Under the pieces are notes generated by a model that was not told where the DNA came from, searched no databases, and saw nothing but the letters and a program-made list of their open reading frames with translations. From Lysobacterales bacterium (GTDB taxonomy: Bacteria > Pseudomonadota > Gammaproteobacteria > Xanthomonadales > SZUA-5), in contig JALHMH010000008.1 in assembly GCA_022844165.1 (NCBI GenBank), positions 1 through 64,000 of the forward strand: DNA of 64,000 bases. Direction: 5' to 3'. The first letter of the stretch is position 1. Every line of letters starts with the position of its first letter. Positions 1-8,562 of the stretch are shown here, one piece after another. Position numbers and translations under genes: made by a program.

Positions 1-288
1 GCGCGGCCGGCTGGACAAGGCTGAGTCAGTGGCGCAGGTAGCTGGATGACGCTGTCCCGCCCTGAGCCGACGCTCACAGGCGGGGATTTCCAGTGTCGTC
101 ATTGTCGGCTATTGGCCGAAAGCGGACCAGCTATCGGCCAAGAGATGCCTTTCGCGAATAGCTGAACGCCCCGAGAGCGCATTGGGCCGCTCGGCGCGGA
201 ATTGGTGAAAGGCTGGTGACTGGCCTGTGTTGGCTCGGTCAGACTTCGGGCAGCCTCACCCTAGTTGGGGCTAACTGCTTACCGACCA

Positions 289-1102
289 TCAGAGGCAAGC
301 CAACAACAACTGCCGATAGTGCTGAGAAAAACTGACCTGATAGCTCGGCTCAGCAGCAAAATCCCCCAGCGAGTAGGCACCCGCCAAACCTGCACCAAGA
401 CTTTGCCCGGCCTCGCCTCCACCGCAGCCATCGATATCGCAGGTAGCCCCCATCCCACCAGCCATCGAACCAGAAGAGGCAGCGGGCATCTTCACCCGGC
501 TCAGCACTGCCAGGTCATCCGGCAGATCATCCGCAATGCGCTCCGCAAAGCGCCGCAATGTTGGCTCCGCCAGCATGAACAGCCAAGCCTGATCATCGGA
601 CTCGCCCATCCGCCGCAGCACGCGCCCCAGGACTTGCCGGTAGTGCAGCTCAGTACGGATGCGGCTGAGGTAGCAGCACACCTGCAGGCGGGGGATATCC
701 GTACCCTCGCTGATCATCCCTACTGCGATGATCCAGCGGCAATCGCTGTGCCTGAATGCATTGATCACCTGTTGAGCATCCGGAGTCCGGTTGGTCACTA
801 CGCGGCAACCTTCTCCTCTAGCTTCCAGAGCCTGAGCAATCTGCAGGGCGTGCTCGATATCGGTGGCGACCACTAGACCAGCCGCATCCGGCTTGATCTG
901 ACGAAGCTCATCCAGCTTGGCGCATCCCAGACCAAGCAGTTGATCGATTACTTCGTCATGGCGCAGCAGTTCTTCGAAGGTGACGGGGGATTCCCCCAAC
1001 AGCTTGGCGATGCTGGGGAACAGCCTGACGGTGCTCTCGGTCTCCAGCTCCTCCGTGAGCTTCACCTTCTGGTTGTCGAGAAGGACGATGCGGGGCACGC
1101 GG
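289..1102 (-). pseudogene. DEAD/DEAH-box (SF2) helicase, C-terminal remnant truncated by IS21
   Basis: C-terminal helicase-like motifs AGLVVATDIEHA, IIAVGMISEGTDIPRL and YRQVLGRVLR; the N-terminal Walker domain is missing and the frame runs straight into the IS end at 1103. Confidence 0.8.
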
Positions 1103-1212
1103 TGTTGACGCTCGTTGAAAACTGACCCACCTACGGGGCTGCTGCTCGCGCAAAACTGACCCACGCAAACACACTGCCCTGCTCGATGAACGAGCGGGGA
1201 GAGCCAGGAGTG

Positions 1213-2736
1213 ATGAGCGTGGCGATGTTGGCCAAGATCAGACGGATGCACCTGCGCGATGGTCTGTCCATCCGCGAGGTGAGCCGGCGCACGGGGCTGT
1301 CGAGGAACACCGTGCGGCAGTGGTTGCGCCAGGAGGGCGTGACCGAACCGAAGTACCCCAGGCGCGAGGCTGCAAGCGCGGTCGATGCGTGGGCCGAGCA
1401 CCTGACCTCGGCGCTCAAGGCCGATGGCCACCGGCCGGTGCGCGAGCGCCGCACGGTCAAGATGCTCTACGAGCAGATCCGCGCGCTCGGCTACGCGGGC
1501 AGCTACGCCCGCGTCACCCGGTGGATTCGTGCCTGGCGCGCCGAGCAGGACGACGCCCCACGCCGGGCAGCCTTCGTACCGATGAGCTTCGAGCTGGGGG
1601 ATGCCTTCCAATTCGACTGGAGCTGCGAGTACGTCTTCGTCGGCGGCCTGCGCCGCCGGCTCGAGGTCGCCCACACCAAGCTGGCCAGTTCCAGGGCCTT
1701 CTGGCTGACGGCTTACCCGGGCCAGAGCCACGAGATGCTGTTCGACGCCCACGCGCGCGCCTTCGAGGCGCTGGGAGGCATCCCCAGGCGCGGCCTGTAC
1801 GACAACATGAAGACCGCCGTGGACCGGGTGGGTGTGGGCAAGCTGCGCTCGGTCAACGCCCGCTTCCAGGCCATGTGCTCGCACTACCTGTTCGAGCCCG
1901 AGTTCTGCAACCCGGCCTCGGGTTGGGAGAAGGGCATCGTCGAGAAGAACGTGCAGGACCGGCGCCGGCAGGTGTGGCGGGAAGCGAGCGAACGCCGCTG
2001 GAGCGACCTGGCCGCCCTGAACGCCTGGCTGGGCGAGCGCTGCCGCGCCTGCTGGGCCGAGACCGCCCACCCCGAGTGGCCAGCGCTGACCGTGGCCGAA
2101 GTGCTGCAGGACGAGCAGACCCGGTTGATGCCGTGCCCCCGGCCCTTCGACGGCTACGTGGAGCAGACCGTGCGCGTGTCGGCGACGGCGCTGGTGCACT
2201 TCCAGCGCAACCGCTACAGCGTGCCGACCCGCCACGTGAACGAGGTGCTGAGCCTGCGCGTGTACCCCAACACCCTGGTGCTGGTGGCCGACAGCGTCGA
2301 GGTGGCCCGGCATGCCAGGAGCTTCGAGCGCTACCTCACCTTCTACGACTGGCAGCACTACATCCCGCTGGTGCAGACCAAGCCGGGGGCGCTGCGCAAC
2401 GGGGCGCCCTTCAAGGCCATGCCCGAGGTCCTGCAGACGCTGCAGCGGCACCTGCTGCGCCATGCGGGAGGCGACCGGGTGATGGCGCAGGTACTGGCCG
2501 CCGTGCCGGTGCACGGGCTGGAGGCCGTGCTGGTGGCCGCGGAGATCGCGCTGGAGACCGGGCGGCCCAGCGCCGAGCATGTGCTCAACGTGCTGGCGCG
2601 GCTGAAGGACGGCGCCCCTGCGCTGCGCGAGCTGACGCAGCCCACACCGATCTTGCGGGAAGAGCCCCGCGCCGACGTGCAGCGCTACGACGCGCTGCGC
2701 GACACACCCAGAAGCCCCCAGGAGGCCCAGCCATGA
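1213..2736 (+). CDS. istA: IS21 transposase IstA
   Basis: N-terminal HTH ([19 protein letters not shown]), DDE motifs [14 protein letters not shown] and EKGIVE; start approximate. Confidence 0.93.
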   Translation: MSVAMLAKIRRMHLRDGLSIREVSRRTGLSRNTVRQWLRQEGVTEPKYPRREAASAVDAWAEHLTSALKADGHRPVRERRTVKMLYEQIRALGYAGSYARVTRWIRAWRAEQDDAPRRAAFVPMSFELGDAFQFDWSCEYVFVGGLRRRLEVAHTKLASSRAFWLTAYPGQSHEMLFDAHARAFEALGGIPRRGLYDNMKTAVDRVGVGKLRSVNARFQAMCSHYLFEPEFCNPASGWEKGIVEKNVQDRRRQVWREASERRWSDLAALNAWLGERCRACWAETAHPEWPALTVAEVLQDEQTRLMPCPRPFDGYVEQTVRVSATALVHFQRNRYSVPTRHVNEVLSLRVYPNTLVLVADSVEVARHARSFERYLTFYDWQHYIPLVQTKPGALRNGAPFKAMPEVLQTLQRHLLRHAGGDRVMAQVLAAVPVHGLEAVLVAAEIALETGRPSAEHVLNVLARLKDGAPALRELTQPTPILREEPRADVQRYDALRDTPRSPQEAQP

Positions 2737-3566
2737 GCACCGAGATCGTCACGCGCCTGAAGGCGCTCAAGCTGCACGGCATGGCCTCGAACTGGCCGGA
2801 GCTGGTGGCGCGCTGCCGGCATGCGGCGCTGGAGCCGGAGCAGCTCGTCGAGCAGTTGCTCGATGCCGAGGGAGCCGAGCGCAACGTGCGCTCGATCGCG
2901 TACCAGATGAGCGCAGCCCGGTTCCCGGCGCATCGCGACCTGGCGGGCTTCGACTTCGGCGCCAGCGCGGTCGACGAGGCGCTGGTGCGCAAGCTGCACA
3001 CCACCGCCTTCACCGAGGCGGCGCACAACGTGGTGCTCATCGGCGGGCCGGGCACGGGCAAGACGCACCTGGCGACGGCACTCGGCATCGAGGCGATCCA
3101 GCGGCATGGCAAGCGGGTGCGCTTCCACTCGACGGTGGAGCTGGTCAACGCGCTGGAGGCCGAGAAGGCCGCGGGCCGGGCTGGGCAGATCGCGCACCGG
3201 CTGATGTACGTGGACATGCTCGTCCTCGACGAGCTGGGCTACCTGCCGTTCAGCCAGGCTGGAGGTGCCTTGCTGTTCCACCTGCTGAGCAAGCTCTACG
3301 AGCACACCAGCGTGGTCATCACGACCAACCTGAGCTTCGGCGAGTGGGCGAGCGTGTTCGGGGACGCCAAGATGACCACGGCGCTGCTGGACCGGCTGAC
3401 GCACCACTGCCACATCGTCGAGAGCGGCAACGACTCCTGGCGCTTCAAGCACAGCAGCACGACCACGGCCGCGGCTAGAACCCGGTCAACGACTCAACGC
3501 AGGAAAGGATCGAACCCAGACCCCAAAACCGCAGAGATATCCACAGACCAGGGCACCCTCGGGTAG
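2733..3566 (+). CDS. istB: IS21 helper AAA+ ATPase IstB
   Basis: ATGA overlap with istA; Walker A GGPGTGKT, Walker [17 protein letters not shown]. Confidence 0.95.
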   Translation: MSTEIVTRLKALKLHGMASNWPELVARCRHAALEPEQLVEQLLDAEGAERNVRSIAYQMSAARFPAHRDLAGFDFGASAVDEALVRKLHTTAFTEAAHNVVLIGGPGTGKTHLATALGIEAIQRHGKRVRFHSTVELVNALEAEKAAGRAGQIAHRLMYVDMLVLDELGYLPFSQAGGALLFHLLSKLYEHTSVVITTNLSFGEWASVFGDAKMTTALLDRLTHHCHIVESGNDSWRFKHSSTTTAAARTRSTTQRRKGSNPDPKTAEISTDQGTLG

Positions 3567-3627
3567 CCTTCAGGGGTGGGTCAGTATTGAACGAGCAGAC
3601 CGGGTCAGTTCACGGCGAGCGTCAACA

Positions 3628-4332
3628 GCGTAGCCAATAGAGCGCCTGACCGGCCTCCAGCTGGCCGGAGGTATCCAGTCCTTGGGCAATAGCGGTCAGC
3701 TTCTGGTCTGGGTGACGCTGAAACTCGAGCATAAACAGCTGCTGGTAATGGGCGAGATCGTCCTGAGCGATGTCGTCTTCAGCATGGGCAGGATAGAGCC
3801 ATTGGATATTGGCAAATGCCTCCCTGGATACCTCACGTTCCGTGACGATGACCCAGGGAATACCTTTTTCCTGCCAGTAGCGCCTTTCAAGCTCAAGCCT
3901 CTCGATGACTTCTGGCTTCTGCAGGTCGGCACTGTACTTGGCCTGAATCGCGATGCTCGGGCGCTGAGGATCTTCGAAATCCACCAGGAAGTCGCTGGTC
4001 AGTACCTGCGGAGTACCCTTGTAACGCCCGTGGGGCAGGCCAAGCTCCTCTGCGATGCGCACCGTATCTTCGACCCGCATCGGGAACTGTTCACGGATAT
4101 CGGTGACATGGGGAGACCGATCCAAGGTCAGGAAGATGGCCAGTTCAAGATCGGATAGAAGATGGTGTAAACGCCGGGTCTTGCTGCCAGGCAGACGGTG
4201 GGAGCGCCCCAGCGAGGATACGTCCCTGGTGTAGATGAACGGCTTGTAGTCCGATCCCTGGCCTTGGCCACGCCCGTCCTTGAGCCTTCTATCGATCTGG
4301 GCTTGGGTCAGCCCCTTGAATGTTCCAGACAT
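3628..4332 (-). pseudogene. tnsA: Tn7-like transposase endonuclease subunit TnsA, 3'-truncated by IS21
   Basis: GRGQGQGSDYKPF, HHLLSDLE, DIREQFPM, LTSDFLVD, ERLELERRYWQ; reading frame ends inside the IS terminal repeat. Confidence 0.9.
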
Positions 4333-4384
4333 GAGAAAGCCTGCCCCCTGTGTCGATGACCTCAACATAGCGGATGCAGGCTCA

Positions 4385-4450
4385 GGATGAAACTTTATTT
4401 ATAAGGATGATACTTTATTTGTACGGATGAAACTTTATTTGCATCCCACA
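4385..4450 (-). repeat. Tn7-like transposon end with three tandem TnsB-binding sites
   Basis: GGATGAWACTTTATTT at 4385, 4405 and 4425 (20-bp period); minus strand reads TGTGGGATGCAAATAAAGT, close to the Tn7 terminus TGTGGGCGGACAATAAAGT; lies upstream of tnsA. Confidence 0.9.
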
Positions 4451-4598
4451 GCATGAGTGCTTCCCGGTGGCGATGCCGGTCACAGAGGCTTTCCAGTTGC
4501 CGCCATCCGGCCTTCAGTCGCCGGCGAGGCGGCGAGTGTCCAGGCAAGGCCGGGTTATTCCATCGGTGTTGCCATATCACACAAAACCACGGACAATC

Positions 4599-4617
4599 AA
4601 TAATAAGTCTCATTAGC
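4599..4617 (+). promoter_or_regulatory. Possible Fur box
   Basis: AATAATAAGTCTCATTAGC, about 13/19 match to GATAATGATAATCATTATC, in an AT-rich patch before the exbD remnant. Confidence 0.4.
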
Positions 4618-4634
4618 ATCTGAATCTGAGTGGA

Positions 4635-4890
4635 GTGAAGCCGATCAAGCCCGACGTGGCGAACCTGTCCGTCCCCACCCACGGCAGCGTGTTCTGGAAC
4701 GACGAACGCATGGGCGACGAGCAGCTCGCGCAGCGGCTGCAGGCCTCCGCGCCGCGTCAACCGCAGCCCGAGGACCTCATCCGCGGCGACCGCCTGGTGG
4801 GCCTACGAGCGCGTCGCCCAGGTGTTGGCGGCTGCGCAGAAGTCCGGGTGTTGAAACTGAGCTTTGTGACCGACCCTGGCAGCGACCGGG
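4635..4890 (+). pseudogene. exbD: ExbD/TolR periplasmic-domain remnant (frameshifted, no transmembrane segment)
   Basis: GSVFWNDE...QPQPE..LIRGDR, then AYERVAQVLAAAQKSG in another frame, then LKLSFVTDP. Confidence 0.7.
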
Positions 4891-5131
4891 GTGAGCCGAA
4901 AGACACCCCCCACGAAACTGCATCGGCACGCCCGCCCTGACGCCGGCGTGACGTCGTCGGCTGCACCGATCGCGGACTCCAGCACACGTGTGCGCCTGCG
5001 CGCTCGTGCCCGGCGCACCGAGCGGGCATGAGGTTTTGACGCGATGCCACCGAAGGAGGTGCTGACGGGATGCGGATGGAGGTGTTGGCGCCCGATAGGC
5101 CGAACCAGAAGAAGACAGACAGGAGGCGGCC

Positions 5132-6040
5132 TTGGATTTCAGATTGCTACGTTACTTTGTCGCAGTTGCGGAAGAACTGCATCTGGCCCGTGCAGCCGAG
5201 CGTCTGGGCATCGAGCAATCGCCTGTGTCGCGTGCGATGCGCGACCTGGAAAGCCAGCTCGGCGTACAGTTGTTCGACCGCAGCACACGCCTGACGCGGC
5301 TGACCTGGGCCGGCCAGGTGTTCCTCGGCGAATGCCGGCGCGTGCAGGCTACCGTGGAGCAGGCAGTCAAGAGCGCCAAGGCGGCTGCACAGGGCTACCA
5401 GGGCCATCTGCGCATCGCCATCTGCGACAGCCTGGCGCAGCCCCACATCGCCACCTTGCTGGCACGCAGCCGCGAGGATGAGCCCGAGCTGGAGATTCGC
5501 GTCTTCGAGCTGCCGTTCGCGCAGCAGCTCAAGATGCTGCACAACGATCTGCTGGACATCGGCTTTGCGTTGTCAAACGCGGTGCATGCTGGCCTCGTCG
5601 CTGAGCCGGTGTGGACCGATCCACTGTCGGTGATCGTGCCCGCACGCCACCCCTTGCTGGCACACATGCAGGTGCCGCTGGCCGAAGCCTTGAAGTTCCC
5701 GCTGGTTCTGTGCCATCCCGAATCGGGATCGGGCTGCCGCCATCAGATTCAAGCGATGCTGCAGGACGCGGGCACGCCGCTCAAGCTGGTCGATGAAGTG
5801 ACCAGCCTCGGCGTGATGCTGACCCTGGTCGGCGCCGGCTACGGCATCGGCTTCGCCATCGCCTCGCAAGTGCAGACCCTACAGCGCCCGGACATCTCCA
5901 TTCGTCCCCTGGCCGGCACCCCACCGATGCTCTCTACCTACCTGCTGCGCCGCCAGGGCGAACCCTCGGAGCCCATGATGCGGTTCATCGAGCGGGTGAA
6001 AGACAAGGCCGCGCCGATCGATGATGAGCCGGTCCTTTGA
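5132..6040 (+). CDS. LysR-family transcriptional regulator
   Basis: LRYFVAVAEELHLARAAERLGIEQSPVSRAMRDLE HTH; AGGAGG RBS before TTG. Confidence 0.95.
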   Translation: MDFRLLRYFVAVAEELHLARAAERLGIEQSPVSRAMRDLESQLGVQLFDRSTRLTRLTWAGQVFLGECRRVQATVEQAVKSAKAAAQGYQGHLRIAICDSLAQPHIATLLARSREDEPELEIRVFELPFAQQLKMLHNDLLDIGFALSNAVHAGLVAEPVWTDPLSVIVPARHPLLAHMQVPLAEALKFPLVLCHPESGSGCRHQIQAMLQDAGTPLKLVDEVTSLGVMLTLVGAGYGIGFAIASQVQTLQRPDISIRPLAGTPPMLSTYLLRRQGEPSEPMMRFIERVKDKAAPIDDEPVL

Positions 6041-6272
6041 GGACGCAGCTCGCCTGTCCGTTGCGACCTGTGGCGTGGTGTGCCAGTAGACAGATAGACT
6101 TCGGAATGAAATCCGATGCTCTGGCTGTTGGTGGATGTGCTTGGCTCGCTTTGGATCACCCGCAACGGCCTGCGTTGACCAGGCCGAAGACTTGAGTCCA
6201 CAATCGAGTCCATTCCGTGACGCTTGGATCGGAAAAGACGTTCGTAATAAACGAGTTAGCGAACGGGTGCTG

Positions 6273-6290
6273 TTCCCATCACCCGCTCCA
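6273..6290 (+). other. att-like site: copy of a tRNA-Gly 3' end marking the island boundary
   Basis: TTCCCATCACCCGCTCCA resembles tRNA-Gly 3' ends (..TTCCCTTCGCCCGCTCCA); no 5' tRNA half present; GAGTCCA direct repeats at 6194 and 6206. Confidence 0.75.
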
Positions 6291-6495
6291 TTTCTGAGCT
6301 TTCGCGCAGCGGTCTGGACGGTAGCGGTCTCCTGATTCGTGCACGCGGGCCGTATGTGGCACAGATTCGCCGCATTCCGTCAGGTCCGGTGGTGCAGGTC
6401 GTTCAAGCCGGCTCGCGAACACCCTCGCTTTCGGCTCCCTCAGCTTGAAATCCGTCAGCTCCCTCTGGGCACTACGCCGACCAGGTCCTTAGTCA

Positions 6496-6538
6496 TGACA
6501 TAAACTGTCTTGACATACTATGTCAGAAAGCGTAGCGT
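6496..6538 (+). promoter_or_regulatory. Sigma70 promoter with overlapping palindromic operator
   Basis: TTGACA (6510-6515), 17 bp, TAGCGT (6533-6538); palindrome TGACATA-C-TATGTCA at 6511-6525; extra TGACATA half-site at 6496. Confidence 0.7.
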
Positions 6539-6571
6539 CGGCGCTGTTCTTGCCAACGCCAGAGCAGCAAT

Positions 6572-7000
6572 ATGCCCGGACAGAAGAAGCTCCAGAACCT
6601 CACCGAACGCAGCATCCCAGGTATTCGCAAACATCTGGGGGTAGCCCGTGTCGATGTCGACGTTCTGCCGGGCGAAGTCCCGGTTGTCGAAGTCTCGTTT
6701 CCGGATTCGGATCGGCAGTCGATCTACATCACCGATGCTGGCGCTCAATTGTTGTGCATCGCTTACCTTTGGCGCGATGCCGACGTCATCAGCAAACAAC
6801 GTGCGGCGCTGATGGAGACCTTGCTCGACTTGAATCCCAGCGTGCCGTTGTCCTCGTTTGGACGCATCGACGATCACTTCGTTCTTGTCGGTGCCTTGAG
6901 CCCGGCCGCGTCGGTGGACGATTTGGCGCTGGAGTTGGCCACTTTGAGCGACAACGCGCACGACGCGCTGACAACGCTCGCTGACTTTCTTAAGCGCTGA
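6572..7000 (+). CDS. YjfI/DUF2170-family protein
   Basis: QLLCIAYLW...LLDLNPSVPLSSFG...LVGALS...LATLSDNA; first gene of a PA3732-like operon. Confidence 0.85.
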   Translation: MPGQKKLQNLTERSIPGIRKHLGVARVDVDVLPGEVPVVEVSFPDSDRQSIYITDAGAQLLCIAYLWRDADVISKQRAALMETLLDLNPSVPLSSFGRIDDHFVLVGALSPAASVDDLALELATLSDNAHDALTTLADFLKR

Positions 7001-7008
7001 GGTGCGCC

Positions 7009-7536
7009 ATGGCCTGGTGGGATGACGTGCTGGCGATGATCAAAGACGAGTTTGCCGCTGTCGGCAGCGGGCCTGCTGAGCCGTCGGCTGTCAAACAAGC
7101 GCAGCAATTGCTGGAGCGAACGGCAAGAGAATTGGCCAATGCACGCGCCAGCGCCGAAGCGGCCCGCCGGCGCAGCTTGCGCAATCAGCGCGAAATGCAG
7201 AAATTGAGCCAGGACGAGACCTCGCCGCACTATCGCGAACGATTGTCGCAACTGCACCGCGCCGTGAGTGCCGATCAGGATCTGGCCGCGAGTTTCGATG
7301 CGCACATTCAACAACTGGCTACGATCGAAGCGCGCGTTCGTAGTCAACTGGAGCGCTTTAACCGTGACGTGGAAATGGCGCGAGCCGCCGTCGCCGCGAA
7401 GAATGCAACGGTCGCGGCAGACCCCAAAACGCCGGCCCGTCCCGCGACGGGCGAAAAAGGCTTCAAGCGCGCGCGTTCGGAACAGGTCATGCGGGCGCTG
7501 CGCGATGCGCCGAAGAGGAAAGGCGATGACACGTGA
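7009..7536 (+). CDS. Divergent, short PspA/IM30 (YjfJ-like) coiled-coil protein
   Basis: N-terminal amphipathic helix (MAWWDDVLAMIK), long coiled coil, position directly after yjfI. Confidence 0.6.
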   Translation: MAWWDDVLAMIKDEFAAVGSGPAEPSAVKQAQQLLERTARELANARASAEAARRRSLRNQREMQKLSQDETSPHYRERLSQLHRAVSADQDLAASFDAHIQQLATIEARVRSQLERFNRDVEMARAAVAAKNATVAADPKTPARPATGEKGFKRARSEQVMRALRDAPKRKGDDT

Positions 7537-7873
7537 GTTGCCAACGCGTTGGCGTGCCTCGGTCCCGGCCTTGCGTGCCGTGCAGGTAGCGTTCGACGTG
7601 TCCGAACAAGTGCTGCGCGCGATTCGCCTCGCCGCCTTCGAGTCGGAGCGCTCAAACTCCGATCAGGTTCGTGTGTTGCTCGGCCTGCCTGTCACGCGCC
7701 AGCCGCAGCGGCCAAGATTGACGATTAGTCTATCGCCGGGCGATTACCAATTGCTCGGTAAGCGCTATAAATTACCGAGCGACGATCACCTGGCGATCAA
7801 AGAACGCGTCAACGCTGAACTGATCGCTTTTGCCGAGCAAGCCAAAACACCGCGCCGGAGTGCCCAACGATGA
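7526..7873 (+). CDS. Small hypothetical protein, possibly ribbon-helix-helix DNA-binding
   Basis: Overlaps both neighbours; beta-alpha-alpha-like patterns AVQVAFDVSEQVLRAIR and RLTISLSPGDYQLL. Confidence 0.6.
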   Translation: MTRELPTRWRASVPALRAVQVAFDVSEQVLRAIRLAAFESERSNSDQVRVLLGLPVTRQPQRPRLTISLSPGDYQLLGKRYKLPSDDHLAIKERVNAELIAFAEQAKTPRRSAQR

Positions 7874-8487
7874 CTTTCTTGCAATTGCTGACGCATTTCC
7901 CCGGCATCATCCCCTCCATCTTGCTCGGTGCGATGCTGGTTCTATGGTTGCTGGTGATCCTGGGTGTCATCGACCACGAACACTTCGGGCCGGATTGGCT
8001 GGGCGGGGGTGTGGACGGTGCGGATACTGCGCCCGAGGTCCTGATGACGATGGGCCTGGACAAATTACCGTTTTCCATCGTGATCAGCGGCATCGTGTTT
8101 TTCTGGTGGCTGTTTACGCTCCTGGCGGTGGCGTTGATCTGGTCCTGGCTGCCGTTGCCGGCATGGATCGCGGGCAGCGCGATACTGATCGCCGCGCTCG
8201 TGGCCTCAGTCCCGGTCGCCGCGCTTTGCCTGCGGCCCTTAAAACCGCTGTTTGTCGTGCATACCAGCATTCGCGAAGAAAGTGTGGTGGGGAAACCGTG
8301 CAAGATTTTGACGCTGACAGTGGACGAGACTTTTGGTCAGGCGGAAGTGGTGGTTGGAACCGGTCACGTACTGAACGTCCGGGTCTGCGCTGACGTGCCC
8401 AATCAACTGACCAAGGGATCCAGTGCCCTGATCATTGATGTCGATCCCAAGACCAAACGGTATCGCGTCGAAGCCTATTCGGCCTGA
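7870..8487 (+). CDS. YqiJ/NfeD-like membrane protein with C-terminal OB fold
   Basis: Three to four hydrophobic helices, then VVGKPCKILT..FGQAEV..LTKGSSALII; precedes flotillin. Confidence 0.8.
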   Translation: MTFLQLLTHFPGIIPSILLGAMLVLWLLVILGVIDHEHFGPDWLGGGVDGADTAPEVLMTMGLDKLPFSIVISGIVFFWWLFTLLAVALIWSWLPLPAWIAGSAILIAALVASVPVAALCLRPLKPLFVVHTSIREESVVGKPCKILTLTVDETFGQAEVVVGTGHVLNVRVCADVPNQLTKGSSALIIDVDPKTKRYRVEAYSA

Positions 8488-8562
8488 GCCGTTCGCTTAA
8501 TCCGTGCTGATGCATTCTGTCGGTCGTCGTCTTTTTTGATTCACTCGTTCGAGGGCAAATTC

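Larger units (their letters stand above)
1103..3627 (+). mobile_element. IS21-family insertion sequence
   Basis: Terminal inverted repeats TGTTGACGCTCGttgaAACTGACCC at 1103 and the reverse complement ending at 3627; internal AACTGACCCAC repeats; istA-istB pair; no flanking target duplication (CACGCGG vs GCGTAGC). Confidence 0.95.

Noticed and set aside
1091-1098. Single CGGGGCAC next to the IS end, like the heptamer arrays
   Set aside because: One copy inside helicase coding sequence; expected by chance at this GC content
289-2580. 763-aa minus-strand ORF
   Set aside because: Chimera: the antisense shadow of istA happens to be in frame with the helicase remnant
1320-2732. Long upstream extension of the istB frame, suggesting a frameshift fusion
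   Set aside because: Low-complexity Arg/Pro/Gly translation typical of GC-rich alternate frames; istB has its own coupled ATG at 2733
4385-4440. Three regularly spaced repeats as a mini-CRISPR
   Set aside because: Spacers are only 4 bp and no cas genes are present; better explained as TnsB-binding sites
6215-6290. Complete tRNA gene
   Set aside because: Only the 3' 18 nt match; no acceptor 5' strand, D arm or anticodon arm is visible
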